A stretch of DNA of 64,000 nucleotides. It comes from an uncultured delta proteobacterium. GTDB taxonomy: Bacteria > Myxococcota_A > UBA9160 > SMWR01. Location of the stretch: NCBI GenBank assembly GCA_963832165.1, contig CAWHTE010000007.1:1-64000 (forward strand), given 5' to 3'. Positions within the stretch are counted from its first letter, which is position 1, and every line of letters begins with the position of its first letter. Of the stretch, positions 63,771 to 64,000 are shown piece after piece. The translations under genes and the position numbers were made by a program. Below the pieces are notes generated by a model. It saw only the letters and a list, made by a program, of their open reading frames with translations, was not told where the DNA came from and made no database searches.

Positions 63771-64000
63771 GCGTCCGCGTCGACCAGATTCGCGAGAATC
63801 GCGTCGATCGCCTCATCGGCAATCGCCACCATCTCCGCGTCGGTCCGATCCTGGATCGGATGCTCGACATAGACCGCGGCCGGGTCCGCACCTAGCGCGC
63901 GCGCCTGCGCCACCGCGCCGTCGATGAACTCGACCGTCGCGACGAACACGCTCGGCACGCCGCGCGCCTCGAGATCCACCGTGTCGTGCACACTGCACGA
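63767..64000 (-). CDS. UGSC-family (seleno)protein, C-terminal part; 5' end outside the window
   Basis: SCSVHDTVDLEARGVPSV...VEHPIQ. Confidence 0.7.
   Translation of the reverse strand, partial: SCSVHDTVDLEARGVPSVFVATVEFIDGAVAQARALGADPAAVYVEHPIQDRTDAEMVAIADEAIDAILANLVDADA

Overview
High-GC bacterial DNA. Gene content (PEP-CTERM protein, sigma54 systems, F420-type oxidoreductases, tRNA-Arg(GCG)) suggests a Myxococcota/deltaproteobacteria-like organism (inference). Many single-base frameshifts suggest an unpolished long-read assembly. Layout: (1) 1-6587 is a giant fold-back. A degraded copy of a cheB/cheR-kinase-NarL-kinase cluster mirrors the better copy around a foreign-looking ~520-bp palindrome; most likely a read artefact, possibly a hairpin end. 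(2) ~3.6-37.8 kb is a general-stress island (BON, CsbD, YqjE/ElaB/YtxH-like, OmpA, ECF sigma, dps and groES remnants, PtsP, desaturases, RRM, GroEL, DEAD helicase). Two unannotated DNA motifs recur in it: an 18-bp palindrome ATCCCC-GGATCC-GGGGAT (8 copies, mostly 22-23 nt before a -10-like hexamer; probable activator regulon) and a 16-bp palindrome GCTTGA-N4-TCAAGC (6 copies at two paralogous XRE genes, groEL and ptsP; probable repressor regulon, next to an orphan TIR gene and a GIY-YIG-like gene). (3) 40.9-45.4 kb is an uncharacterised four-gene envelope operon. (4) 45.5-55.4 kb holds DsbD-TlpA-DUF4266-DUF3570-ApbE, divergent from a c-type-heme/LamG/Tat triplet. (5) The end has tRNA-Arg(GCG), a DUF5985 triplet, a sigma54-driven kinase-bEBP-PspA operon, a PEP-CTERM gene and a UGSC-family fragment. 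No CRISPR array, transposase or integrase was seen. Family names come from motif recognition by eye, not from database searches.
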